64,000 nucleotides of DNA, from NCBI GenBank assembly GCA_039621445.1, contig CP154954.1, positions 7,265,425 to 7,329,424 of the forward strand. Reading direction: 5' to 3'. A model generated the notes under the pieces. It did no database searches and was not told where the DNA came from. It saw nothing but the letters and a program-made list of their open reading frames with translations. The translations under genes and the position numbers were made by a program. This DNA is from Euglena gracilis. Taxonomy: Eukaryota. Positions 12,094-24,067 of the stretch are shown one piece after another. Every line of letters starts with the position of its first letter. Positions within the stretch are counted from its first letter, which is position 1.

Positions 12094-15073
12094 TCGGTAA
12101 TGTTGTTGCGGTTGAGCATTTTGCCACACTCACTACTTCTTTCCAAGAAGCCCAACAACGTATTTTGCATCTTGGCTCGGAAATCGAGCATTTGAAGCAG
12201 TTTCAGGCGAAAGTGCAAGAAAATTTTGTTCCCCGTTCGCAAATCCAGATTTTGGAGGAACGCATCCTATACTTGGAGCAGAAATCCTGCCATTGTGCCG
12301 CAAATCAGGATGGATTAACCACCTTGAACGCTAAAATCGCGGATTGCGCACAACGGTTGGATTTCGCGCAACAACAAATGCAAACGGACATTGGCGGTAT
12401 GAATGCCACCGTTGTCGGTTTGCAGGAGCATGTTTCCGCACTTTCCAAGCGAATTCCCGACATTAGTGGTATCCAAGCCGCTATTGGGGAATTACAAATC
12501 CGTTGCACCTTGTTGTCCACCACAGTAGTGGAAATCCGCCACTGCCCCCCATTTCGCGTGCTCGGATATCCGAGTCACCGGAATTTCGCTCATTTTACAA
12601 CAAACTGCTTGGTGACAACAAGGAAACCTTGCAAGCATTTTGCACGAGTTTGATTCAACTTGAGGAATCGGTGAATCGGAATGCCCGGTCCATGCAAGAT
12701 GAGGTTTCACGGTTGGATGGACGAATTTCCGCGTTGTTGGAAAAGCCAACCGCGGAAAATTCGCGCACCATCGCGGAAACCCCCACAAAGTCACCCCACC
12801 AATTGCAAATTGTCTCAAATGCAATAAAAGCGCTTGCGGGTCAACTCCGGAATGTGGAGGAGTCCCAAAGACAACTTGTCCAAGACCTACACTTGGTTTC
12901 TGAAAAGTTACCACTCTTGGACGACTTTTCCCGTTACCGCAAACGCATTAGGCATTTGGAGACTGAGGTTGACCGTATTTGCGGCCAACTCCAGTTGGTG
13001 GAACATTTGTAAGAAACGGTGCATGACTTGTCCGCGATTTTGGATAAAATGTCCACTCCGGTACCAGTTATGTCACCACCCACCGCGGTAAGCGCTGCGG
13101 TTGGTATTCCAAATGTCCCGGAATCGCGTTCTCAAATTACCATTGCTGGAGTAGGAATCCCTACATCCACCGCGAATTTGGTACAACCACCCGCGAAAAC
13201 GGGAATTGTACCACCTTTGCATTTGCCCACACCACAAACTCACTTTTCGCAACACATTTCCGATGAGGAAATTGACCCCCCGCTCGAAAATCCGAGTCTC
13301 CACCAAGAAATTCAACATCTCAACCTGGTACGAGGAATGAGCCAACACCCCACACCCGGTATTGGTCATGTGTCGCATTCGCGATCATAACAACCACCAA
13401 CGGGTTCTGGATTACCAGACCACCCGTCGGGTTTTCGGCGGGAAACCGGCCCCACAGGGAGAATTTCACCAAAATTTTCGCAAATCCCGCAGGAAAATCC
13501 TGCCAACCTTGCACTTGGTGCGGAAAATCCTGCACGGGATACACATGGAGCGGAAAATCCGCGAAACGCGTTTGGTGTTAGGCATTACCCTGACCCAAAC
13601 CCCTGGAATACCACCGAGGGTCAGCGGGTTACTCAGAGAGACTTCAAGGGCACCATCGCAATTGCGAACAAGGTGAAACCCCAATGGGACGGGGATCCAA
13701 CCACATGGAGACAATTTTTTCGGGACTGGGAGTACTATTGGGCACTAAAGGGACCCACCCAAGACCCGAATCCCGAGGTAGTCAAGATGGAATTCATCGA
13801 TTGCCTACCCAGGGAGGAGCGAGAACGCGCACGCAATTTAGTGATACGTAATGACGTATCATTTGATGACCTGGTTGAGCAATACGCTTCAACCAACTCA
13901 AGTCTGGTCACCAGGATTACCCTGGAGAAGAAATGGCGACAATTCGCGCCATCGGATCGCAAATGGAAATCCATTGACCTTTGGTATGCCAAATGGTTAG
14001 CACTTGCTTCCGAAGTTGATGAACTTAGCGAGAAGCAAATGCGCGAACAATTCGATGCGGTTTTGTTGCATTTCACACCATCCCTCGTGAAGGATATCCA
14101 TCGCGAGGAGTTGGCAGGGCATGAGATGACTCTTGCCCAACTTTGGAATTATGTGTCAAAGCAACTCAAGCTCACACAAGTTTTGGGACAAATACAGTCC
14201 GCTTTCCAAACGCATCCCACCGCGGGAATCCCTGCGGGTGCGGTTAACGCGTTGCAAAAATCACCCATGTCACCAAGATCACCCACCACGGGACCGAAAA
14301 CGCGGAATCAGCGTTCTTCGGACCAAGGCACGGATAAACTGTGCTTTTTGTGCAACAAATCTGGTCACATGTCTCGGGAATGCCCGAATCCCGATGCGCG
14401 AAAGCGTATTGGAAGCCCAAGGGGCTCGACCTCCTCACGGGGATCGGGTTCCTCAGCGTTTTCACGTCAATCGGGAGTTTCACGTTCTTCGGAGAACCGC
14501 TTTAGCGGTAGTAGGCCCAAGTCACCATCGCGTGATGGTCAGGAAACCCGTCACTCTCGCGGTCGGTCACCTGGACCCCCTACCCGAAAACGGGATTTCA
14601 ATCGCGACCCTTCACGATCTCGTTCGCGAAGTGGATCATCCTCTTCGCGCGAGTCACCGGGGAAACCCCGGTACACCGGTCATGGTCGACGGGAAACCCG
14701 TTCGCCACGACGGTTTGACGGAAGAACGGAATACCGTTCCCCCCGTTATGCGGAATCCCGCCACAAATCCCGTTGTTCACTTTGCGGTTCCAAAGACCAC
14801 CACTCATCCAAATGTCCCAGATCTCGTTCCCCCCGGCCCGGCTACGGAAATCGCGGTAAGCGCCGCGATGACCGTGGTTACTCCTCCAACCGGCAAAATG
14901 TCGGTTTTAAGATATCTTGTTTGGAGGAGGACACCCCGGCTTCGGGCAGGGAGGGGGATGAGACCTCGGACGGGGAATTTAATGAGGCCCGAATGGCGGT
15001 GCGCTCATTAAATTCCATCTATTCCACCAAAAAGTCCGTTGCCGGCTATGCGGCCGGTTCGGACTTGGAGTAG
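12094..15073 (+). pseudogene. gag: Family A gag, 5'-truncated, with frameshifts/stop; coiled-coil region, capsid-like region, two CCHC knuckles, RS-rich tract
   Basis: ORFs 11706-12653, 12503-13012, 13019-13390, 13673-15073; CFLCNKSGHMSREC and CSLCGSKDHHSSKC. Confidence 0.88.
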
Positions 15074-15109
15074 GGGAGCCCGAGGTCCGAGGGCACGGAC
15101 CTCTGGGCT
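15071..15109 (+). promoter_or_regulatory. Putative gag-pol UAG readthrough signal (stop followed by hairpin)
   Basis: TAG GGG AGCCC-GAGGTCCG-agggca-CGGACCTC-t-GGGCT; pol continues in the gag frame; identical in A and B. Confidence 0.7.
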
Positions 15110-16799
15110 GATGAACAGATGGAGGTAAGACCTGATCAACCTTACCCCCCCTGCCCATCCGCCTTCACGGTCAGTACCCGGAATTATTTCGGCACCCACT
15201 CCACATTTCCGCTCGGAATGCTGAGCAAAGTAGGAAAGGGTTCATGGGAGAGCTGGCATGCAAACGTATTTCAGCCAGACCCTTCACTTTGCGTACCACC
15301 AATGGAATTACTCGTCCAAGCGGAAATTTCTCCACTAAAGTTAAAATTCTCATTGACACTGGTTGTCGCATTGCACTGCTCTTTCGGTTGGGGTTGATAC
15401 CGACCCCGCTCTTGGTAAGCGCCAAGAAACCGATCAAAATTACAACCGCGGATAACACCCCCATGTGTGGTGGTGATTTGGGATGTGTGCTCGAGATACT
15501 CTTGCCCATCATTCCGAAGCATCACTCACAACCCCCACAATTACAACATTTCACCAATATTTGGGGTTACGAGTCCGGAATTCACGGGTCTGACGTAATT
15601 TTGGGATACCCATTTTTACGCCAGTACCGATTGGTTGTGGATTGCCACTCCCACGGTTTGCGCACAGCACCCACCACTTCATTGACACCCAAACCACCAT
15701 CACCGTTGACATCCACCATGGTGACCACCACTTTTCCAACACCGTTACCCACAATGGCAACACCGTTATCCACCACACCAACAACCGTTTTCCACACCCG
15801 GGGTACGGAGAAGGCCTCCCCCCTGCCCAATGACACGCCAACATGCGTTCCACATGAGGCAGGGCAAGCAAGTAGCGGTACCCCCGCCGTTTCACTGGGT
15901 TACAAGACGAAAGCCCAAAGGCCTGAAGATATATCGGTGTCGAGTAGTCGCCCAGCCACACCACCACTCCGTTACCCACCAGTTGTGCCGAATCCAGGCA
16001 CACCTGTACAAGACTCACCGGCTAATGCCATCGACACCCACGTACACGCACACCCGTCACACCACTACACTTCCTTCCAATGTGTGCACTGCAGGAGAAT
16101 TTCCACCCAATCGGATTTCGATTGTGGATGTTTAGCTGAAAATCCGACACTAATCGCAATTCCGAATACGGAATCCACACCCCAGGATACACTTGGTTGT
16201 AACCCGCAATGCGCGGAGATACACCGAGTACTCCAACAACGCGGAATAACCTCGTTGTTCGGAAACGCGAAAAGCGTCATGCCTAATCACCATCCCAAGT
16301 ACACTTGGTATGAATTTGATGCGGGATGGGGAAATCCCCAACCTGTCCAAACTCCCTTGGGATTACCCCTTGAGGTAGTGGAAGACAACCCGCATGTTTG
16401 TGGATCCATTCATTGTGTTTCTTCTCTCCAACCCAGAAATCGGGTGCATGAATACGTGAAACGCGTATGGAATGCTTTCAATTTTGGTCAATATCGCATT
16501 TTGGAACGATGGTTTTCCAAAATCGCGACATTGGCTGATTCTTTTGATTTGGCATTGGAAATCGATGCCTTTTCATCCAATGCACGCCCGTTGCCACGTC
16601 ATTGGTCACAACACTCCAACGCATTTGATAAATTTTGGGGTGACACGGTGTTATGGATGCACCCTCCCCCAAAACTTATCGAATGTGCGGTTGAGAAAAT
16701 TCTGCGGGATGAAGCCCGTGGAGTTATTCTCATACCCATCATTCCGGAAGCGCAATGGTGCACCCAACTATCGTATGTGTGTTTTCATTGGTGGGATTT
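15074..16799 (+). pseudogene. pol: Family A pol 5' part: aspartic protease plus adenine-methyltransferase-like domain, interrupted by element B (resumes 31511-31595)
   Basis: ILIDTG...ILGYPFL protease motifs; EIDAFS..AFDKFW..LWMHPPPKLI..VEKI..ARGVILIP..W. Confidence 0.85.
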
Positions 16800-17114
16800 T
16801 GTGTACCAGGCGTATGCTTCTGTCCCCTTCCGTTGAGGAAGTTAGGATGGAAGCAGATCCTATTAGGATCTCCTAATGGGTGCCCCTTCTCTCTCCACAG
16901 GTGGTATTCTTCTTTATACCTTTTCCTTCCTTTCCATCGGACCGGACTTGGATTTCCAGTCCGTCCTCCCCGCATTGCTTCGTGCTTTGCTTCTTGGGAA
17001 GTGGGAAAAGGGTTTTTACTGTTACTCTGATTTTCAGTTCCCAAGTAGGTGCGCCAAGGCGAAAGCGAAGGCTTTTGGGATTGGGACAGGGGAATTGGGA
17101 ATCAGACGCACACT
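16800..17114 (+). repeat. Family B 5' LTR (TGTGTACC...GCACACT)
   Basis: Direct repeat with 31184-31510; followed immediately by the PBS. Confidence 0.92.
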
Positions 17115-17282
17115 TGGTAGCAGATTAGGTCACGATCCTACACATGCAGCCCATACAGAAAGAAAACGCTATCAAGTATTACACTTGGTAGCAGATTAGG
17201 TCACGATCCTACACATACAGCCCATACAGAAAGAAAACGCTATCAAGTATTACACTTGGTAGCAGATTTGTTCGATCCTACG
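17115..17282 (+). promoter_or_regulatory. Triplicated primer-binding site (TGGTAGCAGA, tRNA-iMet-like), 71-bp period
   Basis: PBS copies at 17115, 17186 and 17257. Confidence 0.85.
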
Positions 17283-17470
17283 CTGACTGGCAGCGGAGGG
17301 CCCCTGCACCGTTATTACACGGTCGCAGCGTCAGCTCCCGGCTTCTAGTCAACGTCTAAGCAGACGAGCAGGCTCCGGAAGGTTCTGTACGGTATTACCC
17401 GTTACAGCCCCTCTGGTGCCAGCACAACTGCTTAGTTTTGTGGGTTTTTGCTGTTTTTGTCATCAGAAAG

Positions 17471-20400
17471 ATGCAAAGCACAGGCCCCAACCATCAATTC
17501 AATTATGCCTTATTACAGGCATCATTGCAAGACATTGATCAAGAAAATGGGGATTGGAAGCTTTTATGTGAAAGTGCTTCCAGTTCCCACGCCGATGAGG
17601 CACAATTGATTCAATTGTCAAGATTGCAACATTTGTCATCATTGACAGTGGTCGGCGATGAGCCCTCCACATTATTGGCTTCAGAGGCTAATGCGGCCTC
17701 TTCCGCACTCACCTTGCCACAACGGGGGTATTCGCCTCTGTCTGCGGCAATGGTGCAGCTGCACACACCGGAGAGACCCGTGGTGATTCCGCCACCGGGC
17801 TTCTCTGGTGATGGTGGGCTAGAAACCCCGTGTTTCTTTCAACCCCCACCGGCTCTTCCACCGGCAAGCCCTTACAGAGCTTTGCCACCACCCCCCGATA
17901 TCGGGTGCTATCCCGCACTACCTTGGCAACCGGAGACTCGCCTCGTGGTGCCGGAATTCTCCGGTACATCCCAACCCATGGATGACTATGGGAAGGGCAC
18001 TGGTGAGCTCCTCACTGCTGAGGATGTGCAGGATATTGTTGCTCGGCTTCCAGGGGATCACCCCCTTGTGAGGCAGTTCAACCATGTGCAACAATGCGTT
18101 GCAGAGTGTGCAACCGCATTGAACAAAGTGCTTCAGTTTGATGAGGACAACCAGAAACATGTCTTCACCAAGCTGGAACACTGCTGGAATTACTTGCAGG
18201 AAGTTGGCAGATATTGCCAGAGGAATTTCGAAAGTGCGGGTATTGACCTTGCAAACTTTCGGGAAACCTTTGACAGAATATGCCAACAGCTCCCGCAAAA
18301 CTTCCGGCAAATTAGTGAATGCATGCATGAAGCGGAAACGCGGAATGACTCCAAGTTTCTGCACTTGCATGGCTCACTACAACAGTTATCGGGACAAATG
18401 GAGTCCTGTTCATCTGCGTTGTTGCATTTGCAACAACAGTTGCATGCACGAGATTCCTCGTCTGCAACATCCAGCAGTGGTGGATTTGTGTCTATGGACC
18501 ATTTCACCACATTGTCCGCAACTTTCCATGAATCGCAACACCGCATTATGCAGTTGTGCGATGAAACGGAAAAGTTTCGGCAATTCCAGTCACAAGCCAA
18601 CGAGAATTTTGCTCCCCACACGTATGTGCGGCAGTTGGAGGAGCGACTTTCCCGTTTGGAGCAGAAAACCTGCTATTGTGACGCGAATCAGGTTGGATTA
18701 TCCAATCTGAGCGCGAAAGTCGCGGAAATGGCACAACGGCAGGATTCCCTGCAGTTGCAGTTGCAATCCGACATTGGCGGGATTAACTCGGCCATTGCGG
18801 GTTTGCAACAAAGCTATTCCGCACTTTCCCACCGAGTTCCGGACATTAGCGGTATTCAGACTGCTATTGGGGAACTCCAGACCCGGTATGCATCGGTGTC
18901 TACCAAAGTAACGGAAATGCAGTCTCTACCTGCAGGTTCCAGTTCTCGGATTACCGAGAACCCTGATTTCAAGGCATTTTATGACAAAATGCTCACTAAC
19001 AATCAGGAAACCTTGCAAGATTTCTGCAACAGCCTATTACGGCTTGAGGAATCGGTGAATCGGAATGCCCGATCCACGCAAAGTGAGATTACCAGGTTGG
19101 ATGAGCGAATTTCCGCGTTGTTGGATAACCCACAACCTGGAAATTTGCCCATGGGTACCACAACCGCGTTCTCGGATAACCCTGCACCGGTTGCACCCAC
19201 CACCACACCAACCAAGGTGACATCACCTTTGCAGATTCTCTCAAATGCTGTAAAAGCATTAATGGGACAACTCCAATTATTGGATAAGTCTCACGGGAAA
19301 CTTGTCCAAGACGTTAACCAGAATTTCCGAAAGGATTCCGCACTTGGATGACTTTTCCCGTTACCGCAAGCGTATTCGCGCTTTGGAGGATGAAGTTGAC
19401 CGTATTTGCGGCCAACTCCAACTCGTTGAGCATTTGGAGCAAAGTGTGCATGACTTGTCTGTGGGTTTGGATAATGTGTCCAACCAACAGCGGGTTTCAC
19501 ACCGCAATTCGGCAGTATGCATTGCCGAAGATGCGCCAGATGCTCCAGATTCGCGTTTCCACAACCCGAATCTGGGTGCACATGCACCACCACCACCCGT
19601 GTCCCGAGTGTCACAATCCGCGATTCCGCGAATTGTGCCACCATTGGCCTTGCCTACAACTCAAAACCAGTTTTCGGATGAATTTCCCATTACGGGAACC
19701 GAATTTTCGGAAAACACGGCGATTCCGCCAAGTCTCCACCAAGAAATCCATCATTCCATGCTTGTGCGTGGAATGAGCCAAACCCGTACACCGGGAGTGG
19801 GTCTCACGTTGCATGCGAGACATACCCCCACACCGGAGTGTCCCCCTATTACGGGTGACCAACAGGGTTTGCGACCGGATTTCCGGTACCAGGATTCACC
19901 TTCACCAGAAATTTCGCGATTCCGACAAGAATCCGGAAAGGATACGCTTGGTGCTCGAGCGTACCCGGGCCCGAATCCACGGAATACCACCGAGGGCCAA
20001 CGGGTTTTTCAGAAAGACTTCAAGGGCACCATCGCAATCGCGAATAAGGTGAAGCCCCAATGGGACGGTGACCCAACCACATGGAGACAGTTTTTCCGGG
20101 ACTGGGAGTACTACTGGGCATTGAAAGGGCCAACCCAGGACACAAACCCGGAGGTGATCAAGATGGAATTCATTGATTGCCTCCCTAGGGATGAGAAGGA
20201 GCGCGCGCGACAACTCGTCATTCGCTACCGCGTTTCCTTTGATGACCTGGTGGAGCAATACGCTTCCACCAGTTCAAGTTTGGTCGCTAGGATTACCCTG
20301 GAGACCAAGTGGCGGCAATGCGCCCCACCCGATCGCAAATGGAAGTCCATTGACCTTTGGTATGCCAAATGGTTAGGACTTGCCGCTGAAGTGGATGAAC

Positions 20401-20797
20401 TCAGTGAAAAGCAAATGCGCGAACAGTTTGACGCTGTTCTAATGCATTTCACGACTAGCCTCATTAAGGATATCCATCGTGAGGAGTTGGCGGGTAATGC
20501 AATGACTCTTGACCAACGCTGGAACTACGTTTCCAAGCAATTGAAGCTATCACAGCTTCTTGGTCAGATTCAATCCGCGTATACCGCACACCCAACCGCT
20601 GGATTACCGGCTGGTTCGGTAAACGCATTGCAAAAATCACCGGTTTCACCTACTTCACCCACCACGGGATCGAAAACGCGATACCCGCGTTCTTCGGACC
20701 AAGCCACGGATAAAGTGTGCTTTTTGTGCAACAAATCGGGACATATGTCTCGGGAATGTCCTAATCCTGAAGCGCGTAAGCGTATTCAGAGTCCGCG
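17471..20797 (+). pseudogene. gag: Family B gag, 3'-truncated after the first CCHC knuckle, frameshift near 19320
   Basis: ORFs 17438-19351 and 19302-20888; homologous to 41457-45431. Confidence 0.88.
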
Positions 20798-21240
20798 TAT
20801 TCAGACTGCAGAATTGTGTACCAGGCAGCATGAACATGGCACTGTGCATAGCAGCAGACTGCAGAATGTACAATGTCATGCCAGATAGTACTATTCCAAG
20901 TTCTGCAATACAAGTTGCAGAATTAGGAATAGCCTATCCTGTCTCGGATCTGCCTTCTCTTTTCACAGGTGGTATTGTTATTCTGTTTCACATTTCATTA
21001 GCCCAAAAGGGCAAACCAAGATTTCAAGTTCAACACTCCGATAGGAGAACATTGGAGGAACGAGTTTTCCAAACAAATACCTCTCTTTGCCTTGTGCTCT
21101 GCATAAGCCAAAAGGCAATAAAAACTAATAGTTAAGTGAAAGATTTTCTTTTTTGTTACTCTCCTGGTTCTGTTCCCACGGGAGGGTGTAAGTAGGCCGA
21201 CAGGCAGTGGGAATAGAGTCAGGGGACGTACACTTGGTAG

Positions 21241-24067
21241 GTGTTTGATTTAGGCGATAACCCCGCTGCGCCATGGGTGCAACGCCTATCGGCGTGTGGC
21301 TCTATTGAGCAACCCATCGCCCAGTGTGACTATCAAAGTCAGGCATCTTGTTGTACTTCTATGCAACCAGATGTCGCAACGGTGCCTACAGGCACAATTG
21401 ACAAATGTCCTCCAAAGGAAGACACACCCGCACAAAACTCTCAGGCACCGAGCAAAACTTTGTGTGAGATGCAATCCAGCAATGATGCGGCATTTTTGCA
21501 CATGCAACATAGTTTGCAAAATTTGTTTGCAAAAGTGGAGCCAATAACGGCACTTTTTGAGCACAAAAATTCTAATATGGGAGCTTTTGTTACCTTGAAG
21601 CAGTTCAATGCATTCCAGGAAGCGCAACAGCGCATTATGCAACTGATCCGTGAATCGGCAAGTTTTCACCATATGCATACCCAACCTGGTGAAGCTTTCG
21701 CTTCCAGCACTTATGTGCAGCAATTGGAGGAAAGACTTTCCCGGTTGGAGCGAAAGTCATGTAGGTGTGGTGAAAATTCTGCTGAAATAACAAGTTTTTA
21801 CTCCCATATTGCGAAGATCGCAAGCAGACAGGATGCGTACCACCAACGGTGGCAGAACAATATTGTTGACATCCAGACCGCAATTGCGGAGTTGCAGAAC
21901 CGCACTGCGGTACCATGTTCACATAATTTAGAATTTCAGCGACTTTCTGCAGATATGTGTGATGAAAATCACCAAGTGATAAAAGAAAATTGTGACGGTC
22001 CGATACGGACCGAGGAAACAGTGAATCAGCAAGTCAAAAACTTGCAGAAAGATTTCGCAGCGCTATCCGCGCAAGTTTCGGTGTTTTTGGAACAGCCAAT
22101 GGCTGAAAACGTGCGGAATCCGCAAAATACCCCTCCTTCCAAACCACCTCCACAACTGGAGCCTATTTCCGAAGCGGTGCACACTCTAGCTGTGCGATTA
22201 CGGGAATTGGAAAGTGGTTTTGGAAAAATTGCGCAAGATTTCCGGTCTTTTTCTGACAAAATCCCTCTTCTGGACGATATGTCCAAACACGGCAGGCGTA
22301 TTAAGCGTTTGCAGGAAGATATTGGTGCAATCACCGATCATCTGAAAATTCTCGATGATTTGGAGAAAAATTTTGGTGACTTTACAGAAAATTTGGATCA
22401 AGTACACGCACAATTGCGTTTATTACAACAAAAACCCGATACGGGTGTTGTAGGCACACTTGCCGCAGATTCCAGCTCCAAAAGCGCCAATAGCGCACCT
22501 GTGGCGGAGCCTATTGGCACATTGCCACAAAATTACGATTCTGCTCATGCAGTGGTCCCTCCCCCAGCGGTACCAGTCCCAATGGACCATTTTTTGGATG
22601 ATGGGGTTGGTTTTCAAGAGAAAGCCAAGTGAAACCCTCAAAGAAATCGAAAAATTTAGGAATATGAACTTTGCCGCACTCCCGCACATGGTATTGATCC
22701 TCAGATGCATCAGCATCACCATTCGCGCATTCGCGATTCACCAAGTTTTCGCATTCGCGAGTACACCAAGTGGAATATTGAATACGCATTCGCAAAATAC
22801 ACCCAAAAGTACACTTGGTGCAACCACCGAGGTACCCGCGCATGGTGCGGTTTTGCGCCCAGGCCCATCCTCCTTGAATACCACCGAAGGGCCATGGGAG
22901 TCTCAGAAAGATATCAAAGGAATCATCGCTATCGCGAAAAAGGTAAAGCCCCAATGGGACGGTGACCCAACAACATGGAAACAGTTTTTCCGTGATTGGG
23001 AATATTATTGGGATCTGAAAGGATCAACTTACAACGGAAACCCAGAGGTGATCAAAATGGAATTCGTAGATTGTCTCCCAAAAGATGAAAAGGAACGCGG
23101 CAGACAATTGGTCATTCGCGGGCGCATTTCTTTTCAGGATTTGGTTGAGCAATATGCTTCTTCATGTTCCAGTTTGGTTACCAGAATAACTCTGGAGAAA
23201 AAATGGCGGCAATATGCCCCCCATGACCGAAAATGGAGGTCGATAGACCTGTGGTACTCAAAATGGCTTTCTTTGGCAGCCGAAGTAGACGAGTTAGGTG
23301 AAACCCAAATGAAAGAGCAATTTGACGCAGTATTGCTGCACTTTATACCCAAACTCATCAAAGATATTCACCGCGAGGAACTCGCAGGACATATTTTGAC
23401 GCTCGATGAGCGATGGAACTATGTTTCCAAACAGTTGAAGCTATCACAGCTTCTGGGACAAATCAAGTCGGCTTATACGAGCCACCCCATAGCAGGAATA
23501 CCCGCTATCCAAGTCAGTTCTGTGAAAAAAGTGACACACTTACCAATTACCGCTATGGCGGAATCCAAATCGCGCAATTCGCGCTCTTCAGAAGGAGTTT
23601 CGGACAAATTGTGCTTTTTGTGTAACAAAAAGGTTCATATATCTTGCCATTGTCCAAATCCCGCAGCGCGAAAGCGCAACCCAAGTCCAAGAGGATCAGC
23701 CTCATCATGCAGTTCTCGTTTTTCACAAAATGCGCATTCGCAAAAATCAAAATACCAATCACGATCAACATGTTCACTGTGCGGATCAATCAACCACCCC
23801 TCACCCAAATGTCGCTATGCGACTCCTCCCCACCCAAGCCATCGCGATATGACTCGCAGTTCAAAAGATCATACTTCAGCCAAAAGGCATAAGGTAGGTC
23901 AAAGAGCAACCTCTATCGAGGATTATCGCCCGGCTTCGGGCAGGGAGGGGGATGATACCCCATGTAACCAAAGGGATCATCCCTGCATTAGCACTCGTAA
24001 ATTCAGAGACGTATATGCGTCAAGAAAGTCAATGGCTGATATGGCCACCGGTTCAGTTTTTGAGTGA
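21241..24067 (+). pseudogene. gag: Family C gag (5'-deleted, frameshift near 22630)
   Basis: ORFs 21241-22632 and 22460-24067; KVKPQWDGDPTTW and CCHC motifs shared with A and B. Confidence 0.85.

Noticed and set aside
11567..12133. NP/TL/RV/LG dipeptide-repeat ORFs
   Set aside because: Translations of telomeric repeats
12091..16799. Telomere-targeting retroelement (HeT-A/TART, SART/TRAS or Athena-like)
   Set aside because: The telomere joins mid-gag of an LTR element rather than at an element end; breakage and healing fits better
17105..17282. CRISPR-like repeat-spacer array
   Set aside because: Spacers are identical within the array, there are no cas genes, and it lies at the LTR/PBS position of a eukaryotic retroelement
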